Shown here in pieces: positions 14,187-26,601 of a DNA stretch of 64,000 bases. Location: assembly GCA_964016885.1 (NCBI GenBank), contig OZ024742.1, positions 134,292,001 to 134,356,000 of the forward strand, read 5' to 3'. The stretch's first letter is position 1. Every line of letters starts with the position of its first letter. The stretch is from Eledone cirrhosa (Eukaryota). The notes below the pieces were generated by a model, which was given only the letters and a program-made list of their open reading frames with translations, searched no databases and was not told the origin of the DNA. The position numbers and the translations under genes are program-made.

Positions 14187-15058
14187 TTAAATGCTGGGTA
14201 AATATTCTATGGCTGTTGTTCGCGAATAGGTGGCTATCGTTTATTTATCTATTATTTCTTCACAGCTGCCTTTTAATCTTATATCCTGTTTTAATTGTTT
14301 TTTTGTGTGGTTAATTATGCTAATTGGGAGAGCAAATTGAGTATATATCTTATGAAATGATTCTAAGGACATAATTTATAGTATATTGTTCTGATTATTT
14401 AATTTATTAATTCATCATTGAGCCACATCGTGAATGGTTACCAAAACCATATCTATGACTTTGTCTAGTTTGTGTATATGTAAATCTTTATATTTGATAA
14501 TCTCCCATGAGTTGAGATGCAATTTAGGCAATATTAGACTGCGCTTTCTAGCAACCAGCCTACTAGCCGTAAGGTACCAGTCACATTATTTCTGACTTGA
14601 CCACTGCCACGTCACAGTTCTTAGCCATTTTAATCCGTTTCTGGCGGGGATCATTTAAGAAAAATATTTGTCCAAGTGAGTTTGTTTCCTGATGAGTTCG
14701 AAGTTCGAGTATTTATCTTTGATAGGATATTTCCGAAAGCGAACGAAACCCTAAAATGTAGGCACGTAATCCTGGTATGTGTATATGCAATTTTTCTTCT
14801 AACTTTAATTTTATACCTAATTGTGTATGGTTGACGATATATTTAATCGATATCCACGAGCTATTGAAATGCTGGGTAAATATTCTATGGCTGTTGAACG
14901 CGAATAGGTGGGTATCGTTTATTTATCTATTACTTCTTCACATGTGCCTTTTTAATCTTACAGCCTGGTTTAATCGGTATTTTGTGTGGTTAATTAAGCT
15001 AATTGGGAGAGGAAATGAGTATATATCTTATCAAATGATTCTAAGGACATAATGTATA

Positions 15059-15060
<2 letters not shown>
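14187..15060 (+). repeat. About 680-bp unit with about 200-bp terminal redundancy and an HHR-like core (pLTR or retrozyme-like)
   Basis: Segment atgctgggtaaatattc... at 14191 and 14869; CTGATGA-gttcg...cgaac-GAAAC at 14689-14749. Confidence 0.65.
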
Positions 15061-15096
<36 letters not shown>

Positions 15097-15249
15097 ATAA
15101 ATGCTCTGAAATAGCGATATATATGTGAGTATAGACATAGAATATTCGAAAATATTCTGTATGTTTATAATAAACATTTTGAAGACCTAATCGCTATAGA
15201 ATAGAATACGTCACGTATTACAATTAGATTCTCGATAAAAGCAAGGGAA

Positions 15250-15292
15250 GTAATCTACGCGTTTCATTCTTGTTAGAATTCATCAGGACCAC
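15250..15292 (-). ncRNA. Minimal type-I hammerhead; identical copies start at 15560, 15870, 16180, 16490, 16800 and 17110
   Basis: Reverse complement: gtggtc-CTGATGA-attct aaca agaat-GAAA-c-gc-g-TA-gattac. Confidence 0.92.
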
Positions 15293-17441
15293 ATATCCAG
15301 TGCTTTTATCGAGAATGACACAGCTAGAGACTTATAGAATACTTAGCTGTGTACTGGAACTGGTTTGAAAGAGCGGTTGCCGGTCCGGCAGAAATTAGAA
15401 ATTGGAATAAATGCTCTGAAATAGCGATATATATGTGAGTATAGACATAGAATATTCGAAAATATTCTGTATGTTTATAATAAACATTTTGAAGACCTAA
15501 TCGCTATAGAATAGAATACGTCACGTATTACAATTAGATTCTCGATAAAAGCAAGGGAAGTAATCTACGCGTTTCATTCTTGTTAGAATTCATCAGGACC
15601 ACATATCCAGTGCTTTTATCGAGAATGACACAGCTAGAGACTTATAGAATACTTAGCTGTGTACTGGAACTGGTTTGAAAGAGCGGTTGCCGGTCCGGCA
15701 GAAATTAGAAATTGGAATAAATGCTCTGAAATAGCGATATATATGTGAGTATAGACATAGAATATTCGAAAATATTCTGTATGTTTATAATAAACATTTT
15801 GAAGACCTAATCGCTATAGAATAGAATACGTCACGTATTACAATTAGATTCTCGATAAAAGCAAGGGAAGTAATCTACGCGTTTCATTCTTGTTAGAATT
15901 CATCAGGACCACATATCCAGTGCTTTTATCGAGAATGACACAGCTAGAGACTTATAGAATACTTAGCTGTGTACTGGAACTGGTTTGAAAGAGCGGTTGC
16001 CGGTCCGGCAGAAATTAGAAATTGGAATAAATGCTCTGAAATAGCGATATATATGTGAGTATAGACATAGAATATTCGAAAATATTCTGTATGTTTATAA
16101 TAAACATTTTGAAGACCTAATCGCTATAGAATAGAATACGTCACGTATTACAATTAGATTCTCGATAAAAGCAAGGGAAGTAATCTACGCGTTTCATTCT
16201 TGTTAGAATTCATCAGGACCACATATCCAGTGCTTTTATCGAGAATGACACAGCTAGAGACTTATAGAATACTTAGCTGTGTACTGGAACTGGTTTGAAA
16301 GAGCGGTTGCCGGTCCGGCAGAAATTAGAAATTGGAATAAATGCTCTGAAATAGCGATATATATGTGAGTATAGACATAGAATATTCGAAAATATTCTGT
16401 ATGTTTATAATAAACATTTTGAAGACCTAATCGCTATAGAATAGAATACGTCACGTATTACAATTAGATTCTCGATAAAAGCAAGGGAAGTAATCTACGC
16501 GTTTCATTCTTGTTAGAATTCATCAGGACCACATATCCAGTGCTTTTATCGAGAATGACACAGCTAGAGACTTATAGAATACTTAGCTGTGTACTGGAAC
16601 TGGTTTGAAAGAGCGGTTGCCGGTCCGGCAGAAATTAGAAATTGGAATAAATGCTCTGAAATAGCGATATATATGTGAGTATAGACATAGAATATTCGAA
16701 AATATTCTGTATGTTTATAATAAACATTTTGAAGACCTAATCGCTATAGAATAGAATACGTCACGTATTACAATTAGATTCTCGATAAAAGCAAGGGAAG
16801 TAATCTACGCGTTTCATTCTTGTTAGAATTCATCAGGACCACATATCCAGTGCTTTTATCGAGAATGACACAGCTAGAGACTTATAGAATACTTAGCTGT
16901 GTACTGGAACTGGTTTGAAAGAGCGGTTGCCGGTCCGGCAGAAATTAGAAATTGGAATAAATGCTCTGAAATAGCGATATATATGTGAGTATAGACATAG
17001 AATATTCGAAAATATTCTGTATGTTTATAATAAACATTTTGAAGACCTAATCGCTATAGAATAGAATACGTCACGTATTACAATTAGATTCTCGATAAAA
17101 GCAAGGGAAGTAATCTACGCGTTTCATTCTTGTTAGAATTCATCAGGACCACATATCCAGTGCTTTTATCGAGAATGACACAGCTAGAGACTTATAGAAT
17201 ACTTAATACGTGACGTATTCTATTCTATAGCGATTAGGTCTTCAAAATGTTTATTATAAACATACAGAATATTTTCGAATATTCTATGTCTATACTCACA
17301 TATATATCGCTATTTCAGAGCATTTATTCCAATTTCTAATTTCTGCCGGACCGGCAACCGCTCTTTCAAACCAGTTCCAGTACACAGCTAAGTATTCTAT
17401 AAGTCTCTAGCTGTGTCATTCTCGATAAAAGCACTGGATAT

Positions 17442-17484
17442 GTGGTCCTGATGAATTCTAACAAGAATGAAACGCGTAGATTAC
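17442..17484 (+). ncRNA. Minimal type-I hammerhead in the inverted arm; second copy at 17752-17794
   Basis: gtggtc-CTGATGA-attct aaca agaat-GAAA-cgcg-TA-gattac; predicted cleavage after A17478 and A17788. Confidence 0.92.
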
Positions 17485-18138
17485 TTCCCTTGCTTTTATC
17501 GAGAATCTAATTGTAATACGTGACGTATTCTATTCTATAGCGATTAGGTCTTCAAAATGTTTATTATAAACATACAGAATATTTTCGAATATTCTATGTC
17601 TATACTCACATATATATCGCTATTTCAGAGCATTTATTCCAATTTCTAATTTCTGCCGGACCGGCAACCGCTCTTTCAAACCAGTTCCAGTACACAGCTA
17701 AGTATTCTATAAGTCTCTAGCTGTGTCATTCTCGATAAAAGCACTGGATATGTGGTCCTGATGAATTCTAACAAGAATGAAACGCGTAGATTACTTCCCT
17801 TGCTTTTATCGAGAATCTAATTGTAATACGTGACGTATTCTATTCTATAGCGATTAGGTCTTCAAAATGTTTATTATAAACATACAGAATATTTTCGAAT
17901 ATTCTATGTCTATACTCACATATATATATATATATATATAAAGTACAGTGAATTTTTTGAAATTTAATTTGAAACTTTTTTCTTATTTGCTAAACCTGGA
18001 TTTTAGTCTTCAAATTTATTATTATTACTATATATATATATATATATATATAGTAATAATAATAAATTTGAAGACTAAAATCCAAAGAGGGCCCGATAAG
18101 GATAAATATATATCAAATATATAAGAACCGTAGAGCAA

Positions 18139-18275
18139 ATATTTATTAAAATAACAGATTAAAGTTTAAGCAATGCATCGTTGCTTTCACCCATAACGGG
18201 ATCTTCTGAAACTCCAAAGATCACGTTAAGGGTGAAAGCAGCAATTCTTTGCTTAAACTTTAATCTGTTATTTTA

Positions 18276-18283
<8 letters not shown>
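18139..18283. repeat. 145-bp fold-back element with degenerate hammerheads on its arms
   Basis: 35-bp perfect inverted arms; minus strand 18164-18212 reads gttt-CAGAAGA-tccc gttat gggt-GAAA-gcaa..ttgc-TT-aaac. Confidence 0.65.
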
Positions 18284-18323
<40 letters not shown>

Positions 18324-18327
<4 letters not shown>

Positions 18328-18662
18328 AGCTAAATATACTATACATATTTATGTATACATCACTATTTCAGAGTAGCAATTCTAAAACCTAATTTTTGCT
18401 GAATCGGCAATCTCTCTCCGTATATTCAGCTCCAGATTATTATTGGAGTTCTATTAGAATGCTCTTATAATTTTCGGCGGAAGCAGGGGAGTGTGTGTCT
18501 CTGATGAACGTCAACCTGCGTGAAACAGACTGTCAGCCTCTCTCCTATCTTTCGCTGAAAATAAATAAGTGACATAGTCACTACTTTAAAACTGATAGCC
18601 TTTGGTGTTCTAAATGATTCTAATTAAACATACGGTATATTGCCAAATATACTATACACGCA

Positions 18663-18666
<4 letters not shown>
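18324..18666 (+). repeat. Single about 313-nt retrozyme-like monomer with terminal redundancy and an HHR
   Basis: aaatatactatac at 18332 and 18645; HHR core at 18501-18534; flanked by (TA)n. Confidence 0.75.
18486..18546 (+). ncRNA. Type-I hammerhead ribozyme (GUC triplet)
   Basis: ct-CTGATGA-acg tcaacctg cgt-GAAA-cagactg-TC-ag, with distal ggggag/ctctcc extending stem I. Confidence 0.75.
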
Positions 18667-18709
<43 letters not shown>

Positions 18710-18833
18710 CAAAGGAATTGAGGTAAGGAACCAGATGGACCATAACGCACCAGAGTACTCAATACTTAGGGTAGTAGATTCCAGAAATAGCCGTCGAAAC
18801 GGCTTGAGCTCTGCCGTCGGGGTCATACTTTTT

Positions 18834-18888
<55 letters not shown>

Positions 18889-20996
18889 ACATATTTATTT
18901 GTGTGTGTGTCTGTGCATTACTTTGAAGAAACCTGTACATACATTGAATTAATAAATATCATATGTATTAAGAAGTCGTTGAAGCTATGTATGTCACTCA
19001 GACGGAGACAGAAAATTAAAATAAATATAGATTATTTGTTTAATTATCAAGGGAAATTGATTCATTATATTAATTAGTAATTTCTGTTAAAATTTAATTT
19101 CCGTTCAAAAACAACAAATTTTAAATTTTTAACACGGCATGTGTGAGTTACTGCGTTAATTAGCAGCAATATATGTTAAAGTATATATGTGCAGAAGAGA
19201 AGTAATTCAGACTGCTTCAATTGTGTATATAAGTTTATACACTTTTATTAGATTGGCATGTAAACATGACGAAAACTTATTTCCCTTGCAGTCCAAAAAA
19301 TGTTACATGGAGTTAACCAGTTTTCAAGCCTAAGTGGACATTTGTGATAAGCCATGTATAGCATGTACACTACTACAAAAAATAGGTAATCGCATGTTTC
19401 AACTGAGAGGAAAATTACTCATTTTGCCTGTGTATAGTGTATATAGTAGAATTGTGTAAATGTAAATGCACATTTGGGCATTTACGAGTAACTCTATTTT
19501 GTATGTACATACATATATACACACACGTGCGCGCACACCCACACACCCCCACACACGCACACGTACTCACACATACACACAGGTATATATATGTATATAC
19601 TGATTAATTGATTAATTGTATGAATGATTGCAATAACTGCTGAAACCAAACATACATATTTAGGACAGGGTAACTCAATCGCCCTCACATTCTAAACGGT
19701 ATCAATGTGTCACATATAAAAATGTAATATAAGCGGTAAATTGCACAAACCTAACAATTTGAACATATTCTGCCTCAATCTGAAATTATATATAAACACA
19801 GCATATCAAACAAATATGCCGAACCCCTGACAACAGGGAACGCAGTTTCCATAGTTTTGACATATATCTCCATTTGCCTACATTTAAACTTACGTATTTT
19901 TAACAAAAACAAAAGCTATCCAGGATTTGAAGAGAACGTTGCCGATACACCCCTTTTCCTCTTCTATACAGGCTCCATACTGCACAAGGAAAGCAAAATT
20001 TATAACCCGACCATCTAAATCACATCTCAAACCAACCTGCAAAATATGATCGACAATTATTGGTATGGTGATCGCGGACATCATCGAGCATCATCCTTTG
20101 AAAAGCTTAGTTTATATGAAACAATCTGCAGCAAGTACAACCACGGGGCACAATTGGCCATATACGCATACAGGACGAACACCTTAAAATTCCCCGACCA
20201 TATTTCTTCAATGGAGCCGGTCTAACACTCATATCATCCGAAATTAGCCATTACCCCTATAACAAGAACGTAATATAATCACGCTTAAACCTTTGTATTA
20301 CTGATTTAATTTAATGAAACAAACTTGTTTTAATCTCAAAATATCGTAATATCTGACGAAATAAATAGAACAATTCATTCAGATATAACATCACTCTAAC
20401 CATGGTTTCCCAGCGAGAGCAAATGAAAGTAATACCCCACCACCCACGAAAGAAAACCCAAATGAAGAAAATCCTTATCAGAAATCCATTATGATACATA
20501 CAAGACATAATTAAACATTAATTTAGGGACAGAAAACATAATGGAAAATTAGTAGCTAAATTATTTAGTAAACTTTTCTGTAAATAATTAAACAAATTCT
20601 TATTGAAATCAAGCCTGATGCAAATACATCTAATATCTCCTTTGAAGAGGAAATCATTTAGTATCGTCAACTTCAAGAATCGTGTGGTAGGTAGATTTGA
20701 TCATCATCCTTGGAAATAGAAATAATTGTATGACTAAAAGGGCCCATTACTTGGCCTCTCGTTACCAAGTTTAGGTATTGTTGCCAATAATTAAATGTAT
20801 TTTTCCTGGCACCGTCAGTCTTCTCACTTTTGACTGAGAACATAACGGGACAATGTTCCAAACGAGACTTGAGTTGCTGAGAGATCATGTATACTTCCAA
20901 CTTCATATTGATCCCTCCAGATAACAGATAATTTCTCCTTACTTTCGCAATAATCGTGTGTCTATATTGTTTAACAGAGGAAACATTGACCAATAA

Positions 20997-22705
20997 CACG
21001 GTGTAACAAATTCATTTTTTTCTCTGTTCCTGGCTTGTAATCACTTTTTTGCTGTTGCTTAGGTCCCATATAAAAATAAGTGCTATTAAACAGTTAAACG
21101 TTTGGGTTTGTAAACATTCTAAGCTATTCACTAGAATTATTTGTATGCTGGATTTTACGTTGTATGTAATTTTAATTTGCTTATGTTAAATGATTTTTTT
21201 AATATATGTTTCAGGTTAAATTAAAATTATAAAATAAAGAGTAATACCTAAAGAAAATTATAAAAGTGCAATAAAGTATAACATTGTTAAAAAGTGGATT
21301 AAAGAGATTTATTGATACTGGATTTTCGCACTCTGAATAAAGGGTGAGTTGTGTTTTAAGCATTCGTCTCCAGGATGAAGCAGTGGTACTTGGTCAAGGA
21401 GGAAGTGCAGGTGACAAGTCAGAGAAGTCGATACGAACCTTTCTCAGGCTTTTACACTCTTAGGGATGGCCTCTGCTTCTGCCATGACGTGCCTGGACTG
21501 TTGGTGTGCCGTCTGTGCCCAAGGAGTTGCGGCTATTTATAGACAGCTCCACAAGTTTGAAGGCTGTCCTCCTCCACAGTGGAAACAAGTTCCCGACACT
21601 GCCCCTAGCTCATTCAGTCTGCCTGAAGGAAGATTACTACAGTGTGAAAGTCCTCTTGGAAGCTCTGCAATACAACCAGTACAATTGAGAAATCATTGGA
21701 GATTTCAAGATGGTGACTTTCCTGCTTGAACTTCAAGGAGGATTTATCAAATTCCAATGCTTCATCTGCCTTTGGGACAGCAGAGCCACCTATGACCACT
21801 AAAAAAGAAAGAACTGGGAGCAGCAAACAGAATTTGTAGTTGGTACCCGGAACGTCCAGTGAGAGCCACTGGTTGATCCCCGGATTTTTCTCATGCCGCC
21901 ACTGCAGATTAAGTTATGGTTGATGAAGCATTTTGTGAAGGATCTCAACCAAGAACCAGCTGCTTTTAAGTACCTTCTTGAGTTCTTCTTCAAGTTATCT
22001 TAGGCCAAAATCAAAGGTGGAATTTTTGTTGGACCTCAGATAAAGAAGATATTTGAGTCTACCGAGTTCTCCAATAAGCTTAATAGGATTGAGAGAACAG
22101 CATGGAACTGTTTCAAGGCAGTTGTTAAGGGCTTCCTGGGCAACTACAGAGCTGAAAACTACCAGCAACTAGTGCAGGCTCTGATAAAGGCTTTTGGCGC
22201 CCTGGGATGCCGGATGTCGCTTAAACTCCATATGCTGGACGCTCAACTGGAAAAAATCAAAGACAAAGCGAACGATTCCACCAAGATGTGAAAGAGATAG
22301 AGCGGAGGTACCAGAGCCACTACGATGAACAAATGATGGGGGACTATATCTGGGGGCTAGTGCGGGAATGCGGCCTGGTCTACAACCGCAAATCCAGGAA
22401 ATCCAGTCATTTCTGACGTGTATAATTTGCTTTATAAGTGTTATTTGTTTTTACTTGTTTGGTTTTGATAAGCTTGTGTAATAAAATAAATATATACTCT
22501 GTTGATTTAATTATATGAACTGATATAATTTAAAAAAATGTGTTTTTTCTTGAAAAATATGAAAATGTTGAAACATCAAACTCCTGACCACAAACCCAAA
22601 CTTCTGGTTAAATAATAGTATTTTTTTATAATAATGGGATATAACAAACCATGAAATGACACTTAGAACCGGGGAACAGAAAATATGTTATCTTTTAGTT
22701 ACGTG
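20997..22705 (+). mobile_element. Chapaev3-like (CMC superfamily) DNA transposon; internally deleted, transposase pseudogene at about 21350-22415
   Basis: LFIDSSTSLKAVLLHSGNK, CFICLWDSRA, PPLQIKLWLMKHFVK, GIFVGPQIK and GCRMSLKLHML motifs; CAC...GTG termini, imperfect TIRs, TAA TSD at 20994-20996 and 22706-22708. Confidence 0.85.
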
Positions 22706-24615
22706 TAATGCATACTTACAATCAATGTCATTGCACCTTTTTTTATTTCTTTATATTGATCACTGTTGTTCTTGCCAATGCAGTAGAATATTCAGCATTG
22801 AGGTCTCAGATTACTGAGATATGTTGATTTCATATGTTGTTATAGATGACTAGATCCGCTTACATATGTAATGTCTCAAACTTCCAACATTTCAATTAAT
22901 TGGTCTTATTCAAAAATATTCCCTTGAGTAATATTTAGTCAGCCATATCTTTGTTTCACATAATCGGCATCACTACATTGCCTCTTGACATTATCTACAC
23001 TCATGTTACTTTAACTAGTAAAATGAATCAATGCGACAGAGGAATCATGAAGATCTAACCATTTGTCCTACCATACAAGGATAATCATTAGTGCTATGAT
23101 AGAAATTGGTTTTATGTAACCAAGTACCTGAATTCAATTTTATAATCATATACAAGACCATAATTTAGTAGAGATCTAGTTTATATAAAATTAGTACATG
23201 ATCCGTACTTATTTCTATCCATGTCAGAGGAAAAATCAACAAAATTAGGCTTGATGAAACTTAAAATACCCATTGAAAAATATTGCAGTATAAAAAGTAG
23301 CATAGTTTAAATAAACCTCCATTCATTTGGTGAACATGCGAATGACTGCAATGGGATGCTGAGCGTTATATATGTAGGGAACAGTTCCGTGGAAGGAAAA
23401 AATACGCATACATAGACAATATATTTCTATTAAGAGGAAATAAATCTAAGTACATACTAATGGATTGTGAGACATGAAATCTTTTCTACAGCTGCTAGTG
23501 TTGCTGCTAGTTTTCGTTGATTATTATAATGTTTTTGTCTTTTTGATATGGATAATAAATAATAACATTTACGGATATTGATTCTAATAAATAGAGCAAT
23601 ATTTACTCTATATTTACAATACCTAATACCATTATTATGATAATGCCTTATGCATGCTTGCGCATGATTAGAACTACTTATCGAAACTACAATTTGAAGT
23701 AGGCACATGACGATCTATTCCGCCGTGTCATTATTTAAATATGAGGATGGTTTCTTTTATATTGTACTTTGCGTTATACTTATATCCATTTAATTGGTTT
23801 TAAAGATATATGATTTTCAACGAGGATAACATTCAGATATTGGATTGTATTTAGTTGGAGTTGATTTTTCATTTCTAATTGGAACTAATTTATATTATAT
23901 ATCAATCCTAATATTTCTGAAAAAATGTTTTCATCAATTATTTTTCTTATGGATTTTAAACGCCTTTTTGCCAATTTTTATATAGACACGACAAGGTAAT
24001 ATGTGTATATCATAAAACATCTTGTTAGGGTGCTTAATTTCTACACAAAATGACATCATTTCGAACTTCCTGCCAGAGAAAAATCGAATCTAAGGTGGAA
24101 AATAAACTTGAGTTTGAAATTGTTGTTCAGAAGTTAATTTGTCATCTTGTAAACACCATATATGAGAGCAACATGTATATAAATGAGTTAACTGATGAGA
24201 AATGTTAAACATTAAACTGGAGATTTCTAATGTTTTGATGAGGATGACTATTAGCACAGTAGATAAAAAATTGAAAGATATTTCTGATCAAAAGCTGCAA
24301 CAGAACAATTTAGAAAGAAATGAGTTATATTTACAACTAATTTACAAATTGACTAAATATATGGATACTATGAAACGTCATGTTATAGAATAGTTTTCGT
24401 GGCATCATCTAGTAAGATAAATGCTTTAACCATGACTGGGAAGGATGATAGAATAAAATCTGAGAATTAAATATTTTTCTTTGTCGTTCAAATAAAAAAA
24501 ATCTGTTCATTTTGAAAATAATCCAAGGTTCAAACCAAACCAGCAACGTTTAGTAAATGTCAATTGATGTGAAAATAAAAACAAACTAAAGCAATGTTTG
24601 ATACTGTAATATATA

Positions 24616-24796
24616 ATTGTTTCTACTTTGGCACAAGGCCAGCAATTACCCAGTACATTACTGGTACTTTATTTTATCGACCCCGTAAGGATGAAAGGCA
24701 AAGTAAACCTCGGCGGGATTTGAACTCAGATCGTAAAGGGAATAACTATGCTGGAAAGCATGGCCTCCGACCTTCTACCGATACTGCCAATCCACC
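24616..24796 (-). mobile_element. tRNA-derived SINE
   Basis: Reverse-complement match to the SINE at 5257. Confidence 0.85.
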
Positions 24797-26300
24797 GTAT
24801 AATGTTAATATTATAGTTAATGAACCAGAACATCAAGATTATGCATTGTTTGTATCAAATGATATTCCAATATAAAAGTATATTTCATTCAAAAGACGAT
24901 GTGTGAAAGTTGGTTTGTTGATTGACGTTAACACATCAGTTAATGTTATCCGTAATGATACTTGGGGAACACTTACACCTAGGAAATGTGTTTGTGATAG
25001 ATGGAAAGCTAATGAGAATCAACTTGCACATGGTGGTTTGAAGCAAATGAAATGTATCTTTAAAGTCAGAGCACATGCTAAAACGATATACTGTAAGTGA
25101 GTCATTATACCTTGTTATTGAAGAAAATGATCGCAAAAATGTAAGAGTTGTTTGTCTCTAGAAGTTACTATTCTGAATATCATAGTAAACATTTTATTAC
25201 ACGATCTGTTTCCAGCAATTCAATCAGTTGTTGTTTATTTGAAAGCCATCCAATTGCATCATCTCATTGAATAACATGTTATTGGTAGACATACATATTA
25301 AACTGAAAGAAACCTGTTAAAGTCCATAGTTATCCTTTGCTCCAATATCAAGATATAAGGATACGTGATCTATGAGTAAACTAGATTTATCATTTAAAAG
25401 ATTAAGACAGGGAATTCAATCCAATGCCCAAATGAAGGATGAGTTAAAGAAAGGAAAGTATTCCCAAAACTTTATACTAAATAAATATTTCATCATATTG
25501 TGACAGAATAATAATTCCAAGTATTAACAATTTATATAACTCACTAGTTTGGGTTTATATACAGTAGAGTGTGCGTTATGGTATTACACTCAGCATTGGA
25601 AATATCTCTATATATCATTCGACTTCTTTTGACAGGATGGAATTGTTTTCATGATATTATGGAAGCAATGATATAGGGCCTGAAAAACGATTAACAGTTG
25701 TGTTAAATCATCTCAAGAGAAACATGTTTTCCTTTAAACAAGTCAATATGTCGGTTGTAACTTTCAGAAATATAATTCCTTGTCCATAAATGTCTTGAAA
25801 AGCAGATTATCAATAACCTAATATGAAACCAACACGCTAAAAACAAAATCACCAGCATTAGAAAGTGGATTTCAGAGCTTTGTCTATTTTGTAAATTTTT
25901 ATGGGAGATATATAAGAACGTATCTCTTTCAATTCCACCGAAAATTAGTTAGGAGTCGCATATTTAAGTGGGGAATTAAACGTGGAAATTTGTCTGTAAT
26001 CCAATTATTGCTTGTTATCTTTTGAACAAACATATTCCCACACGGAAAAAGAAGATTTAGCAGTAGTGTGGAGATGTAATCATAATGAAAAGTGCGTTTA
26101 TAGCCAGATATGAATGACTCCTAAACCATGTATTTTAATTTACGATTCCCATCCAAAAGCTTTATTGTGTGGAGAGGGATGGCAATTTTGAAAGTAGCCA
26201 TATGAATTTAGCCCTATTTTAATATTTGACAATTCTAATATGGCAGATATTTTCGTAGGGGCGAGAGTTAACAAAAACAGATTGCGACCCATAAAGTTGT

Positions 26301-26343
<43 letters not shown>

Positions 26344-26546
26344 ATCGTCAGAGACACATACAAATAAGGACAACTCCCGCTCTTCGTCTGTCAGCTGTGG
26401 GTCACTGATGTTTTGACGTATTAAAGACAGTACATCTCACCAAAATCCGTTAAGAATTAAGAGTAATATTTATTAGGGAAGACCCCCCCCAAAAAAAAAC
26501 AAGCACGATCCCGAATAAAACGAGAGAAGACAAAAACATGCCTAAA

Positions 26547-26598
<52 letters not shown>

Positions 26599-26601
<3 letters not shown>

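Larger units (their letters stand above)
15091..17927. repeat. Perfect 310-bp tandem array (about 6.8 units) plus inverted arm (about 2.3 units); non-LTR retrozyme-like
   Basis: Units start at 15091, 15401, 15711, 16021, 16331, 16641 and 16951; inversion junction at 17204/17205; (TA)n at both ends; one HHR per unit. Confidence 0.95.

Noticed and set aside
15091-17205. CRISPR array or plain satellite interpretation of the 310-bp repeat
   Set aside because: Units are identical with no variable spacers or cas genes, the context is eukaryotic, and the per-unit hammerhead explains the repeat better.
19895-20036. Possible minus-strand exon (strong acceptors, gtaagt donor)
   Set aside because: No recognisable protein motif or supporting neighbouring exons.
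26340-26550. Minus-strand gtgtctCTGACGA half core between (TA)n tracts
   Set aside because: Truncated by the microsatellite and remaining elements too degenerate to call.
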